Source of the DNA: Mycobacteriales bacterium
GTDB taxonomy: Bacteria > Actinomycetota > Actinomycetes > Mycobacteriales > Pseudonocardiaceae
Direction: 5' to 3'
Assembly: GCA_038231335.1 (NCBI GenBank)
Contig: JBBRLM010000010.1
Span: 52,580 to 116,579, forward strand
Length of the DNA: 64,000 nucleotides
In this document: piece by piece, positions 46,001 to 54,993 of the stretch
Numbering within the stretch: the first letter of the stretch is position 1
Layout: each line of letters starts with the position of its first letter
The notes under the pieces: generated by a model
Seen by the model: only the letters and a program-made list of their open reading frames with translations
What the model was told of the DNA's origin: nothing
The model's database searches: none
Translations under genes and position numbers: made by a program

Positions 46001-48571
46001 CAGCGACTCGGGGTGGCGCAGCCGCCACTGGAGCAGGTCCAGCAGCACCGGCACGTGCGCGGACGCGCGGCGGTGGGCCAAAAACATCCGGTACAGCGCG
46101 CTGTGCAGCTCGGGGGAGGGCTCCAGGTCGGCCACGCCGTAGTGCGCGAGCGCGCGGCGGAGCTTCTCCCGGAACGACTCGGGCAGCCCCTCGACGTCGG
46201 CGTCGCGGGAGCGCAGGTAGGCGTAGAGGTACTCCTGCGGGTTGCGCGCCTGCTCGCCGGCCGGGTCGATCTGCTGCGACTCGTCCTCGGGGCCGCGGCG
46301 GTTGCGCGACAGCGCGCACAGGTCGGCGAAGATCCGGAACGTGGCCATCTCGCCGTGCAGCACGCTGGCGTCGTCGGGCTTGAGCTCGTCGCGGGCGGCG
46401 GTCAGGGCGGCCATCAACGGGCGCGCGTCACGCTCGTCGATGTCGTAGCCGAGCACCAGGAAGCGCAGCGACGTGAGCGCGTCGGCCGCGACCGCGCCCG
46501 CGTCCGACCCCGCGACGGCGGGAGCCGAGAGCGCGGAGAGGTCGGCCCGGTCGCCGCTGGAGGTGGGCCCCGCGTCGGTGTCCGGTTCCAGACGGATGAG
46601 CTTCGTACCGCCCTCCACCTGCGTGTTCGTGTCGACGAGCACCTCGGCCACCCGGCCCGCGACGGGCGCGCGCAGCGCGGTCTCCAGCTTCATGCTCTCG
46701 ACGATGGCGACGACGTCGCCGGCCTGCACCTCGTCACCGGGGGAGACCGGCACGGCCACGACCATCGCGGGTGCGGGCGCGCGGACCAGACCGGCCTCAC
46801 CGCCGGAGATGCGGTGCACGGCGCCGTCGACCTCGACGAGGTAGTCCGAGCCCTGCGGCACCGACAGCACGGCGAACGTCTGCGTGCCGACCACGAGTTT
46901 GCGCTCGAACCGGCCGGTGCGCTCGGCGTCGACGTCGACCGAGTGACCATCCAGTTCGACGTGGTAGCGGCCTGTCCGGGACTGGGCCACCCGTAGCCGG
47001 TACGACTCGCCCGCCGCACGCACATCCACCTGGTGCCAGGTCTCGTGCCCGACCTCGGGACGCCCGCGCTCGGCGGAGGCGAACAGCCGCTCGCGCTGGC
47101 GGGCGACGTGCGCGTCCTGGGCCTCGACGGCGGTGGCCAGCAACGCGACGTCGAGGCGCCGCGGCGGGGTGTAGCCGTCGGCCATCATCGTGTCGAGCCA
47201 CGTGGTGTCGGTGTCGCCGTTACGCACCTCGGGGCGGTCGAGCAGGTCGAGCAGGAACGCCTTGTTGGTGGTGCCGCCGTCGATCACCGCGGCGGTCTGT
47301 TTCAGCGCGCGGGACAGCCGAGCCCGGGCCTCGTTGCGGTCGCGGCCCCACGCGATGACCTTGGCGATCATGGAGTCGAACTGCGGCGGGATCGTGTCGC
47401 CCGCGGCCACGCCGGTGTCGACGCGGACGCCCGGGCCGCTGGGCAGCGCGAGGTGCTCGATGCGACCGGGGGCGGGGGCGAAACCCTGTTCGGGATCCTC
47501 GGCGGTGAGGCGGGCCTCGATCGCGTGCCCGCGGGCCGGCGGGGCTTCCGGCGCGATGTCGGCGAGCGTGCCGCCGCCGGCCACATGCAGCTGCAGCTTG
47601 ACGATGTCGACGCCGGTGGTGACCTCGGTGACCGGGTGCTCCACCTGCAGGCGCGTGTTGACCTCCAGGAACGTCAGCAGGCGCTCCTTCGGCTCGTACA
47701 GGAACTCGACGGTGCCCGCGTTGACGTAGCCGGCGGCCTTCGCGAGCGCTGCGGCGGAGGTTCGCAGCAGCTGCTCCTGCTCGGCGTCGAGCGCCGTGGA
47801 CGCCGACTCCTCGAGGACCTTCTGGTTGCGTCGCTGCACCGAGCAGTCGCGGATGCCGAGCGTCCAGACGTCGCCGGTGGCGTCCGCGACGACCTGCACC
47901 TCGACGTGGCGGCCCCCGGAGATCGCGCGCTCCATGAAGACGGTGGCGTCGCCCGCCGTCTTGGCTGCCTCGGATCCCGCACGCTCGAACGCCTCGGCGA
48001 GCTGGTCCGCCGACTCGACCCGGCGGATGCCACGCCCGCCGCCACCCGCGGTGGCCTTGACCATGAGCGGGTAGCCGATGCGCTCGGCGTGCTCCCGGGC
48101 CGCGGCGATGTCCGGGACGGCGCCGTGGCTCCACGCGGCCAGTGGCACGCCGACCTCCTCGGCCAGCTCCTTCGCCGCGATCTTGTCGCCGAGCCGCTCC
48201 ATCACCTCGGGCGACGGCCCGACGAACACGATGTCGAGATCACGGCACAGCCGCGCGAAGTCGGCCTTCTCCGAGACGAAGCCCCAGCCCGGCCACACGG
48301 CGTCGGCCCGGGCGACCTTCAGGGCCCGCTCCAGCTCCGCGTAGTCGAGGTAGGGGCTCGGGCCCATGTAGTCGGGGTCGTCCGATCCGATGAGGACGGC
48401 CTCGTCGGCCTCGCGGACGAACATCGCATGCCGGTCGACGGCGGTGTGGATCGCGATGGTGCGCAGCGGCCGCAGCCCCTCGGCGTTCCACTCCCGCACC
48501 GCGTGGATCAGCCGCATGGCCGGCTCGCCCCGGTTGACGATGGCGACCCTGCTGAACAGCTGCTCCGACAC
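42962..48571 (-). CDS. Single-chain multidomain acyl-CoA carboxylase (BC-BCCP-central-CT), ~1869 aa
   Basis: NRGEPAMR, GGGGRG, EVNTRLQVEHP, VESMKLE biotin site, two CT halves (GINVGAQPY, ANLSGFDGS); GGAGG RBS. Confidence 0.92.
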   Translation of the reverse strand: MSEQLFSRVAIVNRGEPAMRLIHAVREWNAEGLRPLRTIAIHTAVDRHAMFVREADEAVLIGSDDPDYMGPSPYLDYAELERALKVARADAVWPGWGFVSEKADFARLCRDLDIVFVGPSPEVMERLGDKIAAKELAEEVGVPLAAWSHGAVPDIAAAREHAERIGYPLMVKATAGGGGRGIRRVESADQLAEAFERAGSEAAKTAGDATVFMERAISGGRHVEVQVVADATGDVWTLGIRDCSVQRRNQKVLEESASTALDAEQEQLLRTSAAALAKAAGYVNAGTVEFLYEPKERLLTFLEVNTRLQVEHPVTEVTTGVDIVKLQLHVAGGGTLADIAPEAPPARGHAIEARLTAEDPEQGFAPAPGRIEHLALPSGPGVRVDTGVAAGDTIPPQFDSMIAKVIAWGRDRNEARARLSRALKQTAAVIDGGTTNKAFLLDLLDRPEVRNGDTDTTWLDTMMADGYTPPRRLDVALLATAVEAQDAHVARQRERLFASAERGRPEVGHETWHQVDVRAAGESYRLRVAQSRTGRYHVELDGHSVDVDAERTGRFERKLVVGTQTFAVLSVPQGSDYLVEVDGAVHRISGGEAGLVRAPAPAMVVAVPVSPGDEVQAGDVVAIVESMKLETALRAPVAGRVAEVLVDTNTQVEGGTKLIRLEPDTDAGPTSSGDRADLSALSAPAVAGSDAGAVAADALTSLRFLVLGYDIDERDARPLMAALTAARDELKPDDASVLHGEMATFRIFADLCALSRNRRGPEDESQQIDPAGEQARNPQEYLYAYLRSRDADVEGLPESFREKLRRALAHYGVADLEPSPELHSALYRMFLAHRRASAHVPVLLDLLQWRLRHPESLPETTSLGDGREEYQRVLDQLVTATQLRHPVVGGLARRVRYTCFDAPLLDAERAAGQAEVRAELDRLSDEPGERARQIDRIVSAAEPILGVFGDDHQAAMLEVMTRRYYRVRPLTDVALQDRGGRPLLTAHYDQDGRQHVVLATTVHTAPDAPTGGDPMAVQGDLRRLITQLPAGASALLDLYVIAGEAPDADPERSAEKIRALLGRMPDRLARVAVAVRRPAGDERSAWFTFRAGPDRRPVEDKTLRGLHPMVAERLGLWRLSGFELTRLPSPIDVHLFRAVGKESADDKRLIVLSDVRDLTILRDDSADARSADAARGGRIRALPQLEHVLDSCLDALRSARATDRGDAKLDWNRVLLYVWPVVDVAFEELDSVVRVLAPRSEALGLEQVIVQFRHVTDPAAEPQEYMLRMSRPPGAGLTVRVTEPPTEPMRELDAYTQKVIRARRRGAVYPFELVPMITRNPDRGGPAGVFTEYDLDDSFAPVPVDRAPGGNTASIVLGTVTTKTTRYPEGMTRVVLLGDPTRALGALAEAECRRVVAAVELARQLNAPIEWFAVSAGAKIAMGSGTENMDWISRVLRAIIEFTQDGGEINVIVTGINVGAQPYWNAEATMLMHTKGILVMTPESTMVLTGKQSLDYSGGVSAEDNFGIGGYDRIMGPNGQAQYWAPDLSAAVDLLLTHYAHTYRAPGERFPRPAPSVDPVERDISDSPHSGAGCDFATVGEVFTANPGRKKPFDIRSVLRSVADADHPTLERWVDMIDAEGVVVLDAHLGGQPVALLGIESRPLPRRGRVPVDGPTTFTAGTLFPRSSKKTARAINAASGNRPLVVLANLSGFDGSPESLRSLQLEYGAEIGRAVVNFDGPIVFCVVSRYHGGAFVVFSGTLNDNMEIAAVEGSYASVLGGAPAAAVVFAGEVNKRTAGDSRIADLEARIAETRQAGAETEAARLTAELAAVRPGVRSEKLGQVAEEFDTKHSIQRAQSVGSVDEIVPPTRLRPYLISAVRRGMAKAGD

Positions 48572-48709
48572 GATGTGCACCCTCCGTTGCTCGAACCGCC
48601 GGGATCGTCCGGCACACGTCCACCCAACTCGACCGGACCGCCCTCGCACAACCTGCGTGCGGGGGACCCCCGTCATGATGCCCGCTCGCATCCGGCGGAA
48701 GATGATCGC

Positions 48710-49168
48710 GTGGAACGCATCGTGGTCGGTATCGACGGATCGGACACCTCCAGGGCGGCGCTGCGGTGGGCGGCGACGGCGGCGGCGGGTCTCGGAGCGG
48801 AGCTGGACGTGGTCCGGGCGTTCCGCTACCCGCCCGCACTGCACGACTGGACCGCCGTGCCCAGCAACTACGGCTTCCTGCCCGAGCTGCCTCCGGAGGA
48901 CGTCGTGGAGCGGGGCGCGCACGACGACACCGCCGATCTCGTGACCTCCGAGCTCGGGGCCGATTCCGCCGTGAAGGCGACGGTGCGCGCGGTGCGGGCC
49001 GAGCGACGTCCGGCCGAGGTGCTGGTCGAGGCGGCCGCCGGTGCGTCGATGCTGGTGGTGGGCCGGAGCGGCCACGGCGGCATCAGCGAGATGCTGCGGA
49101 TCGGCTCGGTGGCGCGGGCCTGCATCGAGCATGCCCCATGTCCGGTCGTGGTCGTTCCCGCGTCCTAG
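48710..49168 (+). CDS. Universal stress protein
   Basis: IVVGIDGS, VVGRSGHGG..GSVA, HAPCPVVVV. Confidence 0.92.
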   Translation: MERIVVGIDGSDTSRAALRWAATAAAGLGAELDVVRAFRYPPALHDWTAVPSNYGFLPELPPEDVVERGAHDDTADLVTSELGADSAVKATVRAVRAERRPAEVLVEAAAGASMLVVGRSGHGGISEMLRIGSVARACIEHAPCPVVVVPAS

Positions 49169-49178
49169 GGTCGACGCC

Positions 49179-49724
49179 ATGGCACGTGTTCCGTACGTCG
49201 ATCCCGAGAACGCCCCGCCCGCCACCGGGCGGGCTCTGGGCAACCTGCCGCCGCTGCACGTGTTCGGGCTGCTGGCGCAGGCCGAGTCCGTGTTCGTCCC
49301 GTGGTTGCGCTTCGGCGGGGCGGTGCTCACCGACCTCGCGCTGGAGCCGCTGCTGCGCGAGCTGACGATCCTGCAGGTCGGACGGCTGGCAGCCCGCTAC
49401 GAGTGGGTGCAGCACGTGCCGATCGCGCAGGCGTGCGGCGCCACCGACGAGCAGATCGCCGCCCTGGACGCCGGTGATGTCGACAACCCTTGCTTCACCG
49501 CGGCGCAGCGGGCGCTGCTGGCGTTCGTGGCCGACATGGTGCGCGACGGCGAGGTCCCCGACGACCGTTACGCCGCCCTGGCCGCCGAGCTGGACGACCG
49601 GCGCGTCGTCGAGGTGGCGGTCACCGCGGGCCACTACCTCGGTCTGGCCCGGATCATGACGGCGCTGCGCATCGACCCCGATCCCGCCACCCCGGTGGGG
49701 TCGCTGAAGGCGGCGACCACCTAG
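49179..49724 (+). CDS. Carboxymuconolactone decarboxylase/AhpD-like family protein
   Basis: LRELTILQV, YEWVQHV, GHYLGLAR. Confidence 0.85.
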   Translation: MARVPYVDPENAPPATGRALGNLPPLHVFGLLAQAESVFVPWLRFGGAVLTDLALEPLLRELTILQVGRLAARYEWVQHVPIAQACGATDEQIAALDAGDVDNPCFTAAQRALLAFVADMVRDGEVPDDRYAALAAELDDRRVVEVAVTAGHYLGLARIMTALRIDPDPATPVGSLKAATT

Positions 49725-50089
49725 TGGAGGTCCTCGCCGGCCGGGTGTTGCTGCGGCCCGTCGACATGGACGCCAGCCTGGCGTTCTACCGCGACGTGCT
49801 CGGCCTCGCGATCGCCCGCGAGTTCTCCGGCGGCACGGTGTTCTTCCTGGGCGGCGGGTTCCTGGAGCTCTCGGGGACGGCGGACGCGCGCGCGGGCGGC
49901 ACGATCCGCCTGTGGCTGCAGGTCCGCGACCTCGACGCGGCCCACCGGGAGCTCGTCGGGCACGTCGTCCGCGAGCCGCGGCGGGAGCCGTGGGGGCTGG
50001 ACGAGATGTGGGTGGCCGATCCCGACGGCACCCCGATCGTGCTGGTGCAGATCCCGGCCGACCACCCGATCCGACGCGATCAGCGCTGA
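49724..50089 (+). CDS. VOC/glyoxalase family protein
   Basis: SLAFYRDVLGL, EPWGLDEMWVADPDG. Confidence 0.88.
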   Translation: MEVLAGRVLLRPVDMDASLAFYRDVLGLAIAREFSGGTVFFLGGGFLELSGTADARAGGTIRLWLQVRDLDAAHRELVGHVVREPRREPWGLDEMWVADPDGTPIVLVQIPADHPIRRDQR

Positions 50090-50412
50090 TCGACGGTGGG
50101 GCGCGGTGAGTCGGTGCGCTGCTGCGGCAGCTCGATGCCCAGCACCGGGACCGTGATGATCGGGATGGGCCCGGTGTCGAGGTAGCCCTGCCAGTCGTGG
50201 GTGGGGAACCCGGCGTACTTGCGGGCCAGCCAGTCGTACTCCTGGCCGCGGGCCCCGCACCGTTCGCACATCTTCTCGCGGCCGAACCACACCTCGAGAC
50301 AGCGACAGCACTGCAGGTGCGCCCCACGCCAGCGACGGTCGACCTTGAGGACCACCACGATGCCGACCGCGATCACCGCGAAGCCGGCCACCAACGTCAT
50401 CCAGACGAGCAT
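50080..50412 (-). CDS. 110-aa membrane-anchored protein with CxxC...CxxC
   Basis: N-terminal TM, CCRC..CERC; TAGTCT -10 6 nt before ATG. Confidence 0.7.
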   Translation of the reverse strand: MLVWMTLVAGFAVIAVGIVVVLKVDRRWRGAHLQCCRCLEVWFGREKMCERCGARGQEYDWLARKYAGFPTHDWQGYLDTGPIPIITVPVLGIELPQQRTDSPRPTVDQR

Positions 50413-50490
50413 CGGGCGAGACTACTGAGCCCCGGTGTCTCTGGGTAGTCACTCCATCGCACAAGGTGTGCCGCCGGGCGATCGGCGTAC

Positions 50491-50958
50491 TCAACCTGCG
50501 CGACGCGCCCCGGGTCCGGGCACGGACCGCAGTCGGGTGTCGTCCTCGATCAGGTGACCCTCGGCGCAGCGCAGCTCCACGTGCACGGGCGTGCCGCACG
50601 CCCGGTGGTCGACGCGCATCGGCGGGCCGTCCGGACCGGCGCGGTGGGCGTCGCCCCAGGCCAGCATGGCCATGATCACGGGGCGCAGCTCGCGCCCGGC
50701 ACGCGTGAGCCGGTACTCGTGGCGTTCGCGACGGCCGGGCTCCTGGTAGGGCACGCGGTCGACGACGCCCTCGTCGATGAGCGTGGTGAGCCGCCGGGTC
50801 AGCACGTTGCGGGCGACGCCGAGGTGGGTGGCCAGCTCGTCGAAGCGATGGATGCCGTTGAAGAGATCTCGCAGGACCAGCACCGTCCAGCTGTCGCCGA
50901 CGACCGCCGCGGTGCGAGCCACGGAGCAGCGCGTGCTGTCGAGCTCCTTCCAGTCCAT
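50491..50958 (-). CDS. HxlR-family winged-HTH regulator
   Basis: CSVARTAAVVGDSWTVLVLR, EYRLTRAGREL. Confidence 0.92.
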   Translation of the reverse strand: MDWKELDSTRCSVARTAAVVGDSWTVLVLRDLFNGIHRFDELATHLGVARNVLTRRLTTLIDEGVVDRVPYQEPGRRERHEYRLTRAGRELRPVIMAMLAWGDAHRAGPDGPPMRVDHRACGTPVHVELRCAEGHLIEDDTRLRSVPGPGARRAG

Positions 50959-50974
50959 GGCGCCCACGGTATCA

Positions 50975-50997
50975 CTGGGTTGCTCAATGAAACCCAG
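50975..50997. promoter_or_regulatory. Probable HxlR operator
   Basis: CTGGGTT-N9-AACCCAG between divergent hxlR and thioesterase genes. Confidence 0.6.
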
Positions 50998-51018
50998 ACG
51001 CTCTAGGCTGCGTCTCTC

Positions 51019-51528
51019 ATGAAGACTCAGCAGGGAGATCCCTTGACCGTTCGCGAGCGCACCCACACCTGGCAGGACCCCATGCGTACGGCAGCGGCCG
51101 CCGCCGAGACGGACGGCCTGACGTTCTGGAAGCGCGTCATGACCGGGGAGCTCCCGCCGCCGCCGATCGCCACCACGCTCGGCTTCACCGTGCACGAGGT
51201 CGAGGAGGGGCGGGTGGTGTTCGGCATGGAGCCGGCCGAATATCACTTCAATCCGATCGGCTCGGTGCACGGCGGCGTGTTCGCCACCCTGCTCGACTCC
51301 GCCACGGGCTGCGCCGTGCACTCGGCCTTGCCCGCCGGCGTCCGCTACACCAGCCTCGACCTGTCGGTGAAGTTCCTGCGCGGGCTCAGCGCGGAGTCGG
51401 GCGAGGTCCGCTGCGAGGGCCTCGTGGTGCACCTGGGTGGGCGCACGGCGCTGGCGGAGGCGAGGTTGTGGGACGGGAGCGGGCGCCTCTGCGCCCACGC
51501 GACGAGCAGCTGCCTCATCCTTCGCTGA
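51019..51528 (+). CDS. PaaI-family thioesterase
   Basis: NPIGSVHGGVFATLLDSATGCA. Confidence 0.92.
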   Translation: MKTQQGDPLTVRERTHTWQDPMRTAAAAAETDGLTFWKRVMTGELPPPPIATTLGFTVHEVEEGRVVFGMEPAEYHFNPIGSVHGGVFATLLDSATGCAVHSALPAGVRYTSLDLSVKFLRGLSAESGEVRCEGLVVHLGGRTALAEARLWDGSGRLCAHATSSCLILR

Positions 51529-51533
51529 CCTGA

Positions 51534-51588
51534 TCCGACGAGCGGCACTCTCGTCGGAACCTAGGCGACGAGAGTGCCGCTCGTCGGA
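51534..51588. terminator. Perfect 23-bp hairpin between convergent genes
   Basis: TCCGACGAGCGGCACTCTCGTCG-N9-CGACGAGAGTGCCGCTCGTCGGA. Confidence 0.75.
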
Positions 51589-53015
51589 ACGGGGATCGGG
51601 GCTACCGCGCTGCGAGGGGTCAGTGCCGCGATCACCGACGCCACCAGGGCGGCGCCCGCCGCCGCCAGGAACACCGTCGTGTAGGCGGCCGCGGCGGGGA
51701 GGGTCTGGCCGGCCACCACCGTCGTCAGGCCGCTCGCCACCGCCGCCGCCACCGCGCTGCAGCTGGACGTGCCCAGCATCCGCATCAGGGTGTTGAGGCT
51801 GTTGGCCGCGGCCGTCTCCGTGGCCGGCACGGCCGCCATGATCAGCAGGGGCAGCGCGGAGTAGGCCAGTGCGGCCCCGACCGCCGTGACGCCGGACGCC
51901 ACCATCACCAGCGGGATCGACGGCGGCAGGACGGCCAGCCCGACGTTGCCGAGGGCGAGCACGGACGCGCCGAGCACGAGCGTGGTGCGGGCGCCGAAGC
52001 GGGCCGACAGCCGCGCGGACACCGGCGAGAACACCGCCATCGCTCCGCCGTTCGGCAGCAGTACCAGGCCGGCGGCGACGAGGGAGAGCCCGAAGCCGTA
52101 GCCGACGGCGATCGGGGCCTGCAGGATCTGGGTGGTCACCAGGAACCCGGCGAACATGGCGAACCCGATGAGGATCGACGCCAGGTTCGTCCACAGCACG
52201 GCGGGCCGCGCCGTCACGCGCAGGTCCACGAGCGGGCTGCGGGCGCGCAGCTCCAGGCGCCCCCACAGCAGGAACGCGACCACCGAGAACGCCAGCAGGC
52301 CGAGCACGCGCGGGCTGCCCCAGCCCCACTCGCCGCCCTTCGAGACCGCCAGCAGCAGAGCCACCAGCGCCACCGCCAGCCCGAGGGCGCCCGGCAGGTC
52401 GAAGTGCCCTCCGGAGCGTTGCGGCGACTCGCTCACGATCCGGGCGACGAGGGCGAACAGCAGCGCGCCCAGCACCGCGGCCCCCGCGAACAGCCACCGC
52501 CAGCTCGCCTGCTGCGCCACCAGCCCGGTGATCGGCAGCCCGACCGCGCCGCCGATGCCCAGCGATGTGCTCATCAGCGCGATGCCGCTGCCCACGCGAC
52601 CCGGCGGGAGCAGGTCGCGCATGATGCTGATCCCCAGCGGGACCACGCCGAGCGACGCGCCCTGCAGGACGCGGGCCACGATCAGCGTGCCGACGTCCGG
52701 TGCGGCCGCCCCGAGGGCCGAGCCCACGGTCACCAGCGCGAGCGCGACGAGCAGCATCCGGCGCTTGCCGAACATGTCGCCGAGCCGGCCGAGCACGGGC
52801 GCGCACACGGCGCCGGCCACGAGCGTGGCGGTGACGAGCCAGGCCACCGTGGCCGGCGCCGCGTCGAGCAGGCGGGGGAACTGCGGCAGCAACGGCACGA
52901 CCAGCGTCTGCATCAGGGAGACGACGAGCCCGCACGTGGCGAGCACGCCGATGACGAGCGCAGGACGGGATGCTGGGGTGGCCACCCGATCAGGTGACCA
53001 CGGTTTCGTTGGCAT
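51561..53015 (-). CDS. MFS transporter (14-TM DHA2-like)
   Basis: [23 protein letters not shown]. Confidence 0.92.
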   Translation of the reverse strand: MPTKPWSPDRVATPASRPALVIGVLATCGLVVSLMQTLVVPLLPQFPRLLDAAPATVAWLVTATLVAGAVCAPVLGRLGDMFGKRRMLLVALALVTVGSALGAAAPDVGTLIVARVLQGASLGVVPLGISIMRDLLPPGRVGSGIALMSTSLGIGGAVGLPITGLVAQQASWRWLFAGAAVLGALLFALVARIVSESPQRSGGHFDLPGALGLAVALVALLLAVSKGGEWGWGSPRVLGLLAFSVVAFLLWGRLELRARSPLVDLRVTARPAVLWTNLASILIGFAMFAGFLVTTQILQAPIAVGYGFGLSLVAAGLVLLPNGGAMAVFSPVSARLSARFGARTTLVLGASVLALGNVGLAVLPPSIPLVMVASGVTAVGAALAYSALPLLIMAAVPATETAAANSLNTLMRMLGTSSCSAVAAAVASGLTTVVAGQTLPAAAAYTTVFLAAAGAALVASVIAALTPRSAVAPIPVPTSGTLVA

Positions 53016-53108
53016 TGGCAAGTTCGTCCGGTTCGCCGCGCTTCCGGCGGGCGGGGCTCGCCGACCACGTGGTCCGGCCGCTGGAGCACCTGGCACTACG
53101 GTGATCAC

Positions 53109-53489
53109 GTGGCCTTCGACCCGTCGCCCGAGCTCGTCGCCTTCTGGGCGGAGCGGCACCTGTGCACGCTGGTCACCCTGCGCCGTGGCGGCACGCCGCA
53201 CGTCGTGCCCGTCGGCGTCACGCTCGACGTCGAGGCCGGGCTCGCGCGCGTGATCTGCACCGGTGGCACGCAGAAGGCGCTGAACGCCGAGCGCGGGGGC
53301 GTGGCCGTCGTCTCCCAGGTGGACGGCAGGCGGTGGTCCACGCTGGAGGGGTCGGCGGTGGTGAACGACGATCCCGATGCGGTGGCCGAGGCGGTCCGGC
53401 GCTACGCCGAGCGCTACCGGCAGCCCCGGGTCAACCCCGCGCGCGTGGTGATCGAGATATCCGTCGGGCGGGTGTTGGGGCCCCTCTAG
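53109..53489 (+). CDS. PPOX-class F420-dependent oxidoreductase
   Basis: [28 protein letters not shown]; TACGGT -10 6 nt before GTG. Confidence 0.85.
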   Translation: MAFDPSPELVAFWAERHLCTLVTLRRGGTPHVVPVGVTLDVEAGLARVICTGGTQKALNAERGGVAVVSQVDGRRWSTLEGSAVVNDDPDAVAEAVRRYAERYRQPRVNPARVVIEISVGRVLGPL

Positions 53490-53587
53490 TCACCCGGGCG
53501 CCGGTCGGGGACACTGGAACGGTCAAGAGGGTCGTCCCCACCGTCGCGGCGTGGCCCGCCGGCATGAACTGCTGCAGGAGCGCCGCT

Positions 53588-54970
53588 GTGACCACCGCGT
53601 TCGGGGACGAGCACGCCCACGACGACAACGTCGTCGCGCTGCCCCGCGTCCAGGACACGCCCGACCTGACGATCACCACGCTCGGCCCGTCCCGGATCAC
53701 CTCGCCGATGGCGCCCCTGCTCGACGCGCGGCGCACCACCGAGCACTACGTCGACGAGCACGACCGCGTGCTGCTCGACGACACCGTCGCCGGCATGAGC
53801 TCGCGTGGCGTCCAGCTCGCCGACCTGCCCGGTTTCGAGCCCTGCGGCCCGCGTCGCAAGATCTTCTTCGACCCGTCCAAGACCCGCGCGGCCATCGTCA
53901 CCTGCGGCGGGCTGTGCCCCGGCCTCAACGACGTGATCGCCGGGCTCGTCCGCACGCTGACCTACCACTACCGCGTGCGCCGCGTCGTCGGCATCCGCAA
54001 CGGCTACCAGGGCTTCGTCGCCGACTACGGCCACGACGTCGTCGACCTCACCCCCGAGAGCGTCCGTGACATCGCCACCGACGGCGGCACGGTGCTCGGC
54101 ACCTCCCGCGGCCCGCAGGACCCCGACGTGATCGTCGGCTGCCTGGAGCAGCTGCACATCAACGTGCTGTTCGTGATCGGTGGCGACGGCTCGATGCGCG
54201 GCGCCATGAAGATCGCGGAGATCGTGGCCGAGCGGGGGCTGATGATCTCGGTCGTCGGCATCCCGAAGACCATCGACAACGACATCCCCTACATCGACCA
54301 GAGTTTCGGGTTCCAGACCGCGTTCAGCATCGCCAGCGACGCCATCCGGGCCGCGCAGGTGGAGGCCAAGTCCACCGCCAACGGGATCGGGCTGGTCAAG
54401 CTGATGGGCCGGCACTCCGGCTTCATCGCCTGTTACGCCGCGCTCGCACGGTCGGGCGCCGACGTCGTGCTCATCCCCGAAGTGCCCTTCGGCCTCGACG
54501 GCGAGCAGGGCCTGCTGGCCCACCTCCGGCGCCGCGTGGAGGAGCGCGGGCACGCCGTGGTCGTCGTCGCGGAGGGCGCCGGGCAGGACCTGCTGGAGGG
54601 GCATGCCGACGCCCGTGACGCCTCGGGCAACGCGAGGCTCCAGGACATCGGGCCCTACCTGCGGCGGCGCATCGGCGACCACTTCTCCGACGCCGGCGTC
54701 GAGACGTCCATCCGCTACATCGACCCCAGCTACGCCATCCGCAGCGTGCCGGCCAACCCGTACGACTCGGTGTACTGCGTGCGCCTGTCCCAGGCGGCGG
54801 TGCACGCGGCGATGTCCGGGCGCACCGAGATGGTGGTGGGCCGCTGGCGCCGCCGCTTCGTCCACATCCCGATGGGGGTCGCCGTGAGCCGGCGCAACCA
54901 GGTCGACCCGCACGGGGACCTCTGGATGGCGGTTCTGGAGTCCACCCAGCAACCGGTCCGCTTCGCCTGA
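53588..54970 (+). CDS. pfkA: ATP-dependent 6-phosphofructokinase, PPi-PFK lineage (plant/trypanosome-like)
   Basis: IFFDP..AAIVTCGGLCPGLN, GGDGS, PKTIDND, MGRHSG; CAGGAG RBS. Confidence 0.92.
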   Translation: MTTAFGDEHAHDDNVVALPRVQDTPDLTITTLGPSRITSPMAPLLDARRTTEHYVDEHDRVLLDDTVAGMSSRGVQLADLPGFEPCGPRRKIFFDPSKTRAAIVTCGGLCPGLNDVIAGLVRTLTYHYRVRRVVGIRNGYQGFVADYGHDVVDLTPESVRDIATDGGTVLGTSRGPQDPDVIVGCLEQLHINVLFVIGGDGSMRGAMKIAEIVAERGLMISVVGIPKTIDNDIPYIDQSFGFQTAFSIASDAIRAAQVEAKSTANGIGLVKLMGRHSGFIACYAALARSGADVVLIPEVPFGLDGEQGLLAHLRRRVEERGHAVVVVAEGAGQDLLEGHADARDASGNARLQDIGPYLRRRIGDHFSDAGVETSIRYIDPSYAIRSVPANPYDSVYCVRLSQAAVHAAMSGRTEMVVGRWRRRFVHIPMGVAVSRRNQVDPHGDLWMAVLESTQQPVRFA

Positions 54971-54993
54971 CCACCCCGCGGGATACTGGCGCG

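Noticed and set aside
42881-46996. 1371-aa plus-strand ORF (also 15253-17796, 27681-30317, 23470-25809, 61165-63420 and similar)
   Set aside because: Antisense or alternate-frame shadows of well-supported genes; stop-codon scarcity is expected at this GC3, and the translations are low-complexity with no motifs
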